64,000 nt of DNA, taken from Diplonema japonicum (taxonomy: Eukaryota; Protista; Euglenozoa: Diplonemea). Location of the stretch: NCBI GenBank assembly GCA_964019335.1, contig OZ025668.1, forward strand, positions 638,525-702,524, written 5' to 3'. Both the position numbers and the translations under genes were made by a program. Below are positions 47,400-56,338 of the stretch, one piece after another (position 1 is the first letter of the stretch; every line of letters begins with the position of its first letter). Below the pieces are notes generated by a model. That model did no database searches and was not told where the DNA came from. It saw nothing but the letters and a program-made list of their open reading frames with translations.

Positions 47400-47880
47400 C
47401 ACCCATCACTGCCTGTGGCAAGATACACCCTTGGAGTGTATGGACCCACCCTGACAGCCAGAGACATTGCAACGTTGGAAGTAGCACACAACACAGCAGC
47501 ACACATCATAACAGGCTGCCTTCCTATGACACCTATCCAAGACCTCCTGAAAATAGCAAGGCTATGGCCAGTACAGGAGATGATAAAATACGAGACATCA
47601 TCTATGTATGTAGTGATGGGGCAGGAACAGCAACACTGGCTCTTTGAGGCAAGGAGCAGGGCAATCAAGGAGAACAAATTGAAGAAATACAAAAGAGCAC
47701 CTCTTCACCACTCGTCACCCTTTCCCCCATGGGAGTGGAGTCTGCTGGCACAACTGGATGTTGGAACAGAAGGGCAAGGCATTAAGAAGAAAAAGAAGGA
47801 TGAACAGAGGACATACAGAGAGGAAGTACTCCAGAAGCTGCCCAAAGCTGACATCACCATGTACACAGACAGATCTGTGG
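47400..47880 (+). pseudogene. Ingi/L1Tc-like non-LTR retroposon fragment (RT thumb to RNase H start)
   Basis: LEVAHNTAAHIITGCLPMTP...LL, PPW, YTDRSV (degenerate RNase H YTDGS). Confidence 0.75.
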
Positions 47881-47913
47881 ATTTTTTTTTTTAAATAAAC
47901 CTCTTTTTTTTTA

Positions 47914-48139
47914 GGCTGGCCAGACCATTCTCTCTTCTTTCTTTTTCCCTCCTCCCAGCCAGGGGGGTGTGGGGGTGGGTGGGGGAAAGGGAAAACAGAA
48001 ATCAAAGAGTCAAAAAAAAGAAGAACACAAGCAAATCATAGCTTGCTAGTTTTTAACAGGTGCTTTCTCACCTTTTGGGGAGGGGGGGGTGAGTACTCAT
48101 ACCACAAAATTGTGGGTCCTTTATCTACAAGTATTTGCC
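47914..48139 (-). mobile_element. 226-bp internally deleted (MITE-like) relative of 45371-46919, inverted
   Basis: Reverse complement begins GGCAAA...TAGATAAAG...CCCACA...CTCACCCC...CTGTTAAA and ends GGCCAGCC; flanked by T/A tracts. Confidence 0.5.
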
Positions 48140-48329
48140 AAAAAATAGAAGTGGGTTTTTTACCTCTCTCCTTTCCTTTTTTTTTCTTTCCCCTTTTCCT
48201 CATAAAACACTGATAAACACAAATGATAGAGGGAGGTAGGTGGGAGGGAGATGTTTTTTACACTTGTGAGGGGTTCCAATTAAAGGAGTGAGCAACACCT
48301 GGTCTGCCTTGGCAGTCAGAGCAGAGGAA

Positions 48330-48835
48330 AAAAATTCTTTGGGCACTTTTTTTTTGACCCATGACCATCTCACTTTCACTATTAGCCTCATTAAGGTCTA
48401 GAATAGGTATTTTTGAGGGAATTTTTTTTTTTTTTTGAGAAAAAATCAATTTAAGGGTGTTTTTGGCCACTTTTTTTTGGGAGGAAAAGCAATTTTTTTG
48501 GACACTATTTTTTTTTTTTTTCCAGCACCCCATGCACCCAATAAAGTACAGTAAAAAAAAGGGGGTCAATACAAAGAATGAGAAGGGTAAGTCATAAAGG
48601 AGAGAAAACCAACAGATAGACCATTACTAGGCCTGATATAGGCACCCTTATGGAAAAAAATCAATTTTTCTGAGGTAAAAACCACTTTTCAGGTGTTTTT
48701 GACCACTTGTTCATGTGAAAAATAGTTTTTTTTTTGGGCACCTTTTTTTTTGACCCCCAAACATCTCACTTTCACCCCACTTCACTAAATGCCTCTATTG
48801 AGGCCTAGGATAGGTACTTTTGAGAAAAAAAAATT
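48330..48835. repeat. Degenerate ~100-bp direct repeats (probable transposon relic)
   Basis: tttgggcac(t)ngaccc...catctcactttcac...ctag.ataggta.ttttgag at ~48338 and ~48733. Confidence 0.6.
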
Positions 48836-48836
48836 A

Positions 48837-49248
48837 GAGAACCGTTCAGCTGGAGGAGCTTGAGAGCTCAGAAGTGGTTTCAGAGCTTGAGGAGCTTGTG
48901 ACAGCTGACCCTGAGCTGGTTCTGGTGGTGGAGGTGGGGAACTCGCCAGCTGTCGAAGTCTTGTCCATGAAGACGATGGTCCTTCCTTCCGGACTTCGGT
49001 TCCTCGTTGTCACCGACTCCATAGGCTGTGTTACAAGGATAGGCTCTTGGTTTCTTGAAGAGTGTGACCACCTGACGTCTGTTGATCTCATCCTCCCCAA
49101 TGTTTCCACCATTGATGAAAATCTTTTATATGAGTGCAAAAAACTAGAAACCATCAACTTGAATGCGATGACCAATCTTTCTTCCATTGGTGATGGCTTC
49201 TTGTTTGGGTGCGAAAAACTAGAAACCATCGACTTGAATGCGATGACC
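48837..49248 (+). pseudogene. Partial duplicate of the UBL-LRR gene
   Basis: Near-identical to ~49828-50236; lacks the start and ubiquitin-like domain; breaks off in the second 72-bp repeat. Confidence 0.85.
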
Positions 49249-49564
49249 GGAACGCATCACTCGACTTCGCAAGACGCTCACAGCCTCGATTGGGATGAAA
49301 GCAATGCTCCAGAAGGGGAGTATTAACAGATAGACCCCCCCCTCCCATAGGGCGGCCCTCTAGCGGGGGCTTGTCCTGTACTCTGAGTTTAATAAATAGT
49401 TATTCGTCACCTTTTTCTTAAGATGTTCGTTTCACAGTAGGTTTTTTTATTTTCTGAGGTTCTTCTTCTTCATTTGACTCCTGCAGCCTTTGAGACAAAG
49501 CACACAGGGAAAATACATTAGAAAAAAAGAAAAAGAAAGAAAAAAAAAACAATATTAAAACAAC

Positions 49565-51904
49565 ATGAATGGAAAGAGAGAGGGATCAGGTGAAGAGGTG
49601 AACGATATGACAGTGTTCGTGAAGACGGGAGGCGGGGTTCACGATGTGGAAGTGTCGGGGAAGGAGACGGTGGGGATCCTGTACAAGAAGGCGGGTTGTG
49701 CTGCTTGTTTACTCGAAGGCAAGTTCGAACTGGTTTGGGAGGGAGAGGTCCTGGACAGGAACGGGGGTGAAGATATCCAGGAACTCGGGCTCGTGGAGGG
49801 CAGCGTGGTCCATGTGGAGGCGAAGATGAGAACCGTTCAGCTGGAAGAGCTTGAGAGCTCAGAAGTGGTTTCAGAGCTTGAGGAGCTTGTGACAGCTGAC
49901 CCTGAGCTGGTTCTGGTGGTGGAGGTGGGGAACTCGCCAGCTGTCGAAGTCTTGTCCATGAAGACGACGGTCCTTCCTTCTGGACTTCGGTTCCTCGTTG
50001 TCACCGACTCCATAGGCTGTGTTACAAGGATAGGCTCTGGGTTTCTTGAAGAGTGCGACCACCTGACGTCTGTTGATCTCATCCTCCCCAATGTTTCCAC
50101 CATTGATGAAAATCTTTTATATGAGTGCAAAAAACTAGAAACCATCAACTTGAATGCGATGACCAATCTTTCTTCCATTGGTAATCGCTTCTTGTTTAGG
50201 TGCGAAAAACTAGAAACCATCAACTTGAATGCGATGACCAATCTTTCTTCTATTGGTGATTACTTCTTGTCTGGGTGCAAAAAACTAGAAACCATCAACT
50301 TGAATGCTATGACCAATCTTTCTTCTATTGGTGATTACTTCTTGTCTGGGTGCAAACAACTAGAAACCATCAACTTGAATGCGATGACCAATCTTTCTTC
50401 TATTGGTGATTACTTCTTGTCTGGGTGCAAAAAACTAGAAACCATCAACTTGAATGCTATGACCAATCTTTCTTCTATTGGTGATTACTTCTTGTATGGG
50501 CGCGTTAAACTAGAAACCATCAACTTGAATGCGATGACCAATCTTTCTTCCATTGGTGATTACTTCTTGTCTGGGTGCAAAAAACTAGAAGCCATCAACT
50601 TGAATGCGATGACCAATCTTTCTTCTATTGGTGATTACTTCTTGTCTGGGTGCAAAAAACTAGAAACCATCAACTTGAATGCGATGACCAATCTTTCTTC
50701 TATTGGTGATTACTTCTTGTCTGGGTGCGAAAAACTAGAAACCATCGACTTGAATGCGATGACCAATCTTTCTTCTATTGGTGATGGCTTCTTGTATGGG
50801 TGCGTTAAACTAGAAACCATCAACTTGAATGCGATGACCAATCTTTCTTCTATTGGTGATTACTTCTTGTCTGGGTGCGAAAAACTAGAAACCATCGACT
50901 TGAATGCGATGACCAATCTTTCTTCTATTGGTGATTACTTCTTGTCTGGGTGTAAAAAACTAGAAACCATCAACTTGAATGCGATGACCAATCTTTCTTC
51001 TATTGGTGATTACTTCTTGTCTGGGTGCAAAAAACTAGAAACCATCAACTTGGATGCGATGACCAATCTTTCTTCTATTGGTCGTTACTTCTTGTTTGGG
51101 TGCAGAAAACTAGAAACCATCAACTTGAATGCGATGACCAATCTTTCTTCCATTGGTAATGGCTTCTTGGAAGCGTGCGTAAAACTAGAAACCATCGACT
51201 TGAATGCGATGACCAATCTTTCTTCTATTGGTCATTGCTTCTTGTATGGGTGCGTAAAACTAGAAACCATCGACTTGAATGCGATGACCAATCTTTCTTC
51301 TATTGGTCATTGCTTCTTGTATGGGTGCGTAAAACTAGAAACCATCGACTTGAATGCGATGACCAATCTTTCTTCCATTGGTAATCGCTTCTTGTTTAGG
51401 TGCGAAAAACTAGAAACCATCGACTTGAATGCGATGACCAATCTTTCTTCTATTGGTGATTACTTCTTGTGTGAGTTCGTAAAACTAGAAACCATCAACT
51501 TGAATGCGATGACCAATCTTTCTTCTATTGGTCGTTACTTCTTGTTTGGGTGCAGAAAACTAGAAACCATCAACTTGAATGCGATGACCAATCTTTCTTC
51601 CATTGGTGATGGCTTCTTGTTTGGGTGCGAAAAACTAGAAACCATCGACTTGAATGCGATGACCAATCTTTCTTCTACTGGTGATAGCTTCTTGGAAGGG
51701 TGCAAAAAGCTAGAAACCATCAACTTGAATGCGATGACCAATCTTTCTTCCATTGGTGATCGATTCTTGTTTGGGTGCGAAAAACTAGAAACCATCGACT
51801 TGAATACGTTGACCAATCTTTCTTCCATTGGTGATGGCTTCTTGGAGGGGTGCGTAAAACTAGAATCTGTCGACTTGAATTTAAAAAGAAAAGTCGGTGT
51901 TTAG
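49565..51904 (+). CDS. Ubiquitin-like domain + BspA/TpLRR-type leucine-rich repeat protein
   Basis: N-terminal MTVFVKT...ETVG.L...LVWEGEVL...LGLVEGSVVHV; ~24 x 24-aa LRR CxKLETIxLNAMTNLSSIGxxFLxx. Confidence 0.9.
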   Translation: MNGKREGSGEEVNDMTVFVKTGGGVHDVEVSGKETVGILYKKAGCAACLLEGKFELVWEGEVLDRNGGEDIQELGLVEGSVVHVEAKMRTVQLEELESSEVVSELEELVTADPELVLVVEVGNSPAVEVLSMKTTVLPSGLRFLVVTDSIGCVTRIGSGFLEECDHLTSVDLILPNVSTIDENLLYECKKLETINLNAMTNLSSIGNRFLFRCEKLETINLNAMTNLSSIGDYFLSGCKKLETINLNAMTNLSSIGDYFLSGCKQLETINLNAMTNLSSIGDYFLSGCKKLETINLNAMTNLSSIGDYFLYGRVKLETINLNAMTNLSSIGDYFLSGCKKLEAINLNAMTNLSSIGDYFLSGCKKLETINLNAMTNLSSIGDYFLSGCEKLETIDLNAMTNLSSIGDGFLYGCVKLETINLNAMTNLSSIGDYFLSGCEKLETIDLNAMTNLSSIGDYFLSGCKKLETINLNAMTNLSSIGDYFLSGCKKLETINLDAMTNLSSIGRYFLFGCRKLETINLNAMTNLSSIGNGFLEACVKLETIDLNAMTNLSSIGHCFLYGCVKLETIDLNAMTNLSSIGHCFLYGCVKLETIDLNAMTNLSSIGNRFLFRCEKLETIDLNAMTNLSSIGDYFLCEFVKLETINLNAMTNLSSIGRYFLFGCRKLETINLNAMTNLSSIGDGFLFGCEKLETIDLNAMTNLSSTGDSFLEGCKKLETINLNAMTNLSSIGDRFLFGCEKLETIDLNTLTNLSSIGDGFLEGCVKLESVDLNLKRKVGV
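50125..51880. repeat. 72-bp coding tandem repeat (23 complete + 1 partial)
   Basis: aaactagaaaccatc(a/g)acttgaatgcgatgaccaatctttcttc(t/c)attggt core recurring every 72 bp. Confidence 0.97.
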
Positions 51905-53092
51905 AAGAGGAAGAAAAAAAGAGGAAAAAAAAAGAAGAAAAAAAAACACCCTAGCGCTGAGAAACATCTTTGTGGAAAAACCAACGGAAAGCAATCCAAT
52001 ACCTCGAAGACACCGGGGACCCCCTCCGCAACAACTCCACAACAACCATCTAACCTGCTGAAGTAGCATGCCGATCAGAAGGCGGCTGAGGCACTTGTCA
52101 TTTAATCAGAATCCCGAGATCCCATCCCTGATCCCCAAATAGAGAGTGTACCATCCTGTTTCTCGCAGAAACAGAGAACCTACCCCCTCCCCACCACAGC
52201 ACCCGACCAATCAGATGCAGCAGTGTGAAAAAAAAAAAGCCCCTCTCCCCAAACAAAACAAACAAACAAACATTTCCCCACCCCCGATAACGTATAATTA
52301 AGAATAAAAATTATGGGGGGGAAGGATACTGAGGTCTGGCACCAGCGGATGAGGATGCGGGAAAGGGGGTTGCACTGCTTTCCCTGCCAAAGCTAGTCGA
52401 GGGTGCACACCTTGCGACATATGGGGCCCGACGGCACATGGTGACGACAGGAGACCACTTTTCTCCTCGAGCCAAACAGCCCCTTACCTTGCATGACTCC
52501 ATGTAATGTTCCTCGCCCAGATGCCGTCCATCTCATCACGACAAACAGCCACCGCAGGCACCAGACAGCAACCGCAGTACGGTGACCGATTAGTGTGGAT
52601 TTCTACTTGAACAGTGAACACTCCCCTATGTGCACTGAAGCTTTATCGATTTTTTTAATTTTTTTTATTTGCTTCCAAGCTTTCTCTTGAAACTTTTGAT
52701 TGTTACCTCAAGTTAGTTACCGTTCTTGCTGAGCGCCGTTTGGCTTTGTCACCTTGATGTTAAAAGATCGACCTTTTTTTTTCTTCTTCTTTTTTTATTT
52801 TTTATTTTCTTCTGATGACCGTGGTGGTCGAGCTTTCTTTACCTCTCCACTTTCGGGGCGAAGTTTAACAAGGGTTACCGCTGTGTCACATTCCGCATGG
52901 CACCACTAAAATCGAGTCCCCCCTCCCCCTTCTTCTTCTTCTTCTTCTTCCTTTTTTTCCTTTTTTTTTCCAGTGTGTCTTCTCTTTTTGTTGTTCTTCT
53001 TTCACAAGCATTATTATTGTGCGCCTGTGGTGTGGGTTTACCTTCAACACGAATACAGGGGGGGGGGGGGGGGGGGAAAGAAGAAGAAAAAA

Positions 53093-53845
53093 ATGGCGCC
53101 GGTGGGAGCATCAACGCCAACACAGTGCAAGTACCTGCCGATTTGGCATCAGAGGATAATGGAAGAGTCGGAGCTAAGCCGGGAGAACAAAATGCTCATA
53201 TTTTTCAAGGGGCTGTTGGTGGCTCTCCTGCGGTGCAAACCGCGCAACCCCATCAGCTTCTGCGAGAAGTACGTTGAAGAAAAAGTAGAAGGCGACGAAC
53301 TAGAAACCAGCCTGTGCAGAAGCTGGAGGGGAGACTTCAACACCTACGACTTCACCAGAGACACCTCAGACGTGTTCCAAGTAAATAACCGAGATGTCTA
53401 TGGGGAGTACGAGACTATTAGAAAAACCCTCGACTTCAACTACCACGGTAACTACTCAAAAACCCGACAAGCAGTCCAAGACATAGCGGTCTCCGACGTT
53501 GTCCTGGGCGGTGAACTCAAATCCGAACCCTGGCTCGTCTACACAGCAGGAGCAATGGGGGCTGGGAAGTCCCATGTTATCAGGTGGATGTCCGACCACG
53601 GGTATTTCCCACTACCGGACATTGTTCAAATAGACCCCGATCGGTTCAAAGAAATGCTCCCAGAATGGCAGGGCTACGTGGAGCATGACCCCATGCAAGC
53701 TGGGGGTAGAATGCGCAAGGAATCCGGGTATCTAGTTGAAATCGCACAGCACAAGGCAATGGACATGGGCAAGAACGTGTGGGTGGACGGGTCCCTGCGG
53801 GACGGGGTGCGCTTCACATTGTGGAGCTGGGCACCCTTGCCATAG
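53093..53845 (+). CDS. Zeta-toxin-like P-loop kinase with N-terminal Dpy-30/RIIa-like docking motif; C-terminus missing or unresolved
   Basis: LLVALLRCKPRNPISF; TAGAMGAGKSH, IDPDRFK, ESGYLVE, VDGSLRD; the fold stops shortly before the SL relic. Confidence 0.75.
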   Translation: MAPVGASTPTQCKYLPIWHQRIMEESELSRENKMLIFFKGLLVALLRCKPRNPISFCEKYVEEKVEGDELETSLCRSWRGDFNTYDFTRDTSDVFQVNNRDVYGEYETIRKTLDFNYHGNYSKTRQAVQDIAVSDVVLGGELKSEPWLVYTAGAMGAGKSHVIRWMSDHGYFPLPDIVQIDPDRFKEMLPEWQGYVEHDPMQAGGRMRKESGYLVEIAQHKAMDMGKNVWVDGSLRDGVRFTLWSWAPLP

Positions 53846-53909
53846 GCGGGGTTGGCATACAGCTGGAGCTCGGAAAGATTACAGGCGTGCACACTGTTCC
53901 TCTGTTATT

Positions 53910-53946
53910 CCAACGATTCTAAAGCTACAGTTTCTGTACTTTATTG
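53910..53946 (+). other. Spliced-leader (mini-exon) relic, 37 of 39 nt
   Basis: CCAACGATTCTAAAGCTACAGTTTCTGTACTTTATTG; conserved euglenozoan 3' half ACAGTTTCTGTACT.TATTG, diplonemid-type 5' half; not followed by the GT donor of an SL RNA gene. Confidence 0.93.
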
Positions 53947-54233
53947 ATCCCCTCCCCCCAACACACACTGTAAAAAAAAATTAAAAAAAATAAAAAATGG
54001 ATCCAAGACGAAACGCAAGAGGAGGTGACCGTGCAAACCGCAGGGAGAAGGAACCCCGACAGGCCGCCAGGCTGCACACGACGCCAGGGCCGACCCAACC
54101 AGACTATCTGGTTGGGCAGTATGAATCCCCACCCCCACCCCCTAGATCCCCCCACCCCCCTTTAGAAAAAAAAATAAAATAAAAAAATCACTAGCAGAGA
54201 CCGCGGTTTTGACCGCCGCAACCAAGGGAGCAT

Positions 54234-54306
54234 GGGGGACAAAATCCAACTCACAGCCTTCACGTGGCGTCCCCTGTAAGTAAGCTTCGGCTGAAACTAA
54301 TGTGAG
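54234..54306 (+). ncRNA. HDV-like self-cleaving ribozyme
   Basis: P1 GGGGGAC/GUCCCCU (G1-U wobble), P2 CUCACA/UGUGAG, P3 GCC/GGC, L3 UUCACGU, P1.1 C54261-G54276, P4 AGC-UUCG-GCU, J4/2 CUAA with catalytic C54297. Confidence 0.88.
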
Positions 54307-54322
54307 AGGTACCCAAGCTGTG

Positions 54323-54323
<1 letters not shown>

Positions 54324-54351
<28 letters not shown>
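54324..54351. repeat. (TG)n microsatellite
   Basis: About 14 TG units. Confidence 0.9.
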
Positions 54352-54353
<2 letters not shown>

Positions 54354-54762
54354 CCTTGCCGGGGCTAGATTTAGAGCGGGCCCTGTTACCCATTCGCCCT
54401 GTCCTTGGTATGCCTTGATGGTCGGAGGGGGTAAGGTAGCTGGTGTGTGCGTGGTTCCCCCCTGTGCTGTGTATCCGCTTTCGTTGTGACCGTTGCCGAA
54501 TACGAAGTAGAAAAAAAAAAGTAAACAAAACAAAAAAAGAAAGCAACAACAAAAAAATGAAAAGAGGTTTTTTTTAATTCAAAGTATCTTTTTGTTTTTG
54601 ATGTTGGCAGGCACTAAAACAACCTTCATTCGCTAACCACATCAAAATCAAAATCTATATCTTGGACTAAAAAAAAAACACCCACTCTTCGGAGTTAAGG
54701 GAGCTTTTTGTGCGACTCCCTCTTTTTTGGGCAGCACCTATCTATACCTTTCCTTTTCCTTT

Positions 54763-55219
54763 TCCAAAGGCTCGCTGGCCAGATAGGCCAGCGGGGGTGT
54801 GGGGGCTGGTCCCCCCCCCCCCCCCCCCCCCCCGCCATAGGAAGATGTGAAACTTTTTTTTTTTCTGAGAAAAAAAAAAAGGGAAAAATAAAAGAATAGG
54901 GAACAGGTGCTACAACGGCCAGGCTAGATAGAACCACTTAGATTTTTTTTTTTTTTTCCTTTTTTTTTTATTTTTCTGTTTTTCTGTTTTTCTTTTTCTT
55001 TTTGAAGTGGAACCATCTCGGTCGACGTTTTTTTTTTTTTTTCTTTTTTCTTTTTTCTTTAGTGGTGATGTGTTTTTCCTGTTTTTGATTTTCTTCTTCC
55101 CCCACTCTATGCTTTTTCGCATGGACATTGGTCACTCTGCCCCTTTCCCCTTTTTTGATTCTCCCTCTTTCCCCCTCCTAAATTTTACCCCCTGCCCCAC
55201 TCATTCCTCCCTAGTATGT
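54763..55219 (+). repeat. Upstream copy of the retroelement's subterminal 3' region (matches 62551-63030)
   Basis: Near-identical from tccaaaggctcgctggcc to cctagtatgt, apart from homopolymer lengths and a few substitutions. Confidence 0.95.
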
Positions 55220-56224
55220 CCCCATTTGTCCCCCCCCTTTTTCTTTTATAGAGCCCTCTCCAGAGGGACCCTCCACGGAGGTGAAAAACAGACCCTCTTC
55301 GGAGGAAAAAAAGGCAGAGGGAGAGACAGCACGCCCGAGAGAAGGTAGTGCCCCTCCCTCTCTGCCCCCCATTTTTTCTGGACCCTCTACGGAGGTGTAC
55401 ACCCTGGTCCCCAAGGGCCGGGGGCTTTTTTTGAGGGTGGAAGGGAAAGAAAAAAAAAAACAAACAAGGAGGAACCTTTTTTCTTTTCAAACAACCAGGG
55501 GGACCCAGCACCCACCCCCACCGCCCGCCTAGGTGTGGTTGGGGCGGAGGCTGCGAGCGACGTGAGAGCACCACTGCACACCCTTGTGAGAAGACAGAAA
55601 AGAGCCCCCTGGATTGCCATGGGTGGCAGGGAACCTAAGCCAGCGCCCAAGCGGAAGAAGAACAGGAGGAGGCACAGGAGCGAAACGGCCCTTCAGAGGC
55701 GTCGGGAGAAGAGGACCAAGGCGAGGGAGGGGGCGAGGGAGGCTGCCAGACAGGAGAAGAAAAGGCACCGTCGTGCGAGGAAAGAAGGGAGGAGGAGGGC
55801 CCGCAGAGAGGAACACGAGGCCGCCCTGGAACAGAAGCCAGATGACCCTGCAATGGGGCTGAAGCGGACCGAGGTGGGAACGCCTGGAGCCCAACCCCTG
55901 GCACCCAGAATCCCGGCACCTGGGGCTGCAACCGGCACAAGGAGGCACCGCAGACGGACGGGACACAGCAAGGAAGGGGTGAGATGGGAGCACCTGGGGG
56001 CGTGGGCCTGGGTCGCCCTGGTCTCCCTCTTGCTGATCCCAGGGGTGAGGCAGGTGCTGGGGGCGGGCATCGGGATGGCCCCCTCCTTCCTGCATGCGGC
56101 AGTGTTGTGGAAGAGGCCGGGGAGCGACAGGAGGACCACCCGCAGGTCAAGGGTACAGGTGGGGCCCCGAGGGGATGAATGGTCCGCCGGGGAGCTCGCT
56201 TGGCTAGCAGTAGGGGGCACTCTG

Positions 56225-56294
56225 AAAAAAAAAAAACATTCTCAAGTCCCCCTTTTTATTTATTTTCTCAAGTCCCCCTTTTTATTTATTTTCT

Positions 56295-56333
<39 letters not shown>
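56225..56333 (+). mobile_element. Nested 5'-truncated copy of the element's extreme 3' end with ACTCTG target-site duplication
   Basis: (A)n-cattctcaagtccccc... repeats + poly(A); ACTCTG at 56219-56224 and 56334-56339; removal restores GGTL|VGSTS. Confidence 0.9.

Positions 56334-56338
<5 letters not shown>

Noticed and set aside
50125-51880. CRISPR-like array (constant repeat with short variable segments)
   Set aside because: In-frame 72-bp coding LRR units with recurring variants; eukaryotic context; no cas genes
52811-52840. Hammerhead ribozyme core (CUGAUGA followed by a short stem)
   Set aside because: No GAAA after the stem and no supporting stems I/III
53908-54020. Functional SL RNA gene
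   Set aside because: No GT donor after ...TTATTG, first two nucleotides missing, and not in a tandem array
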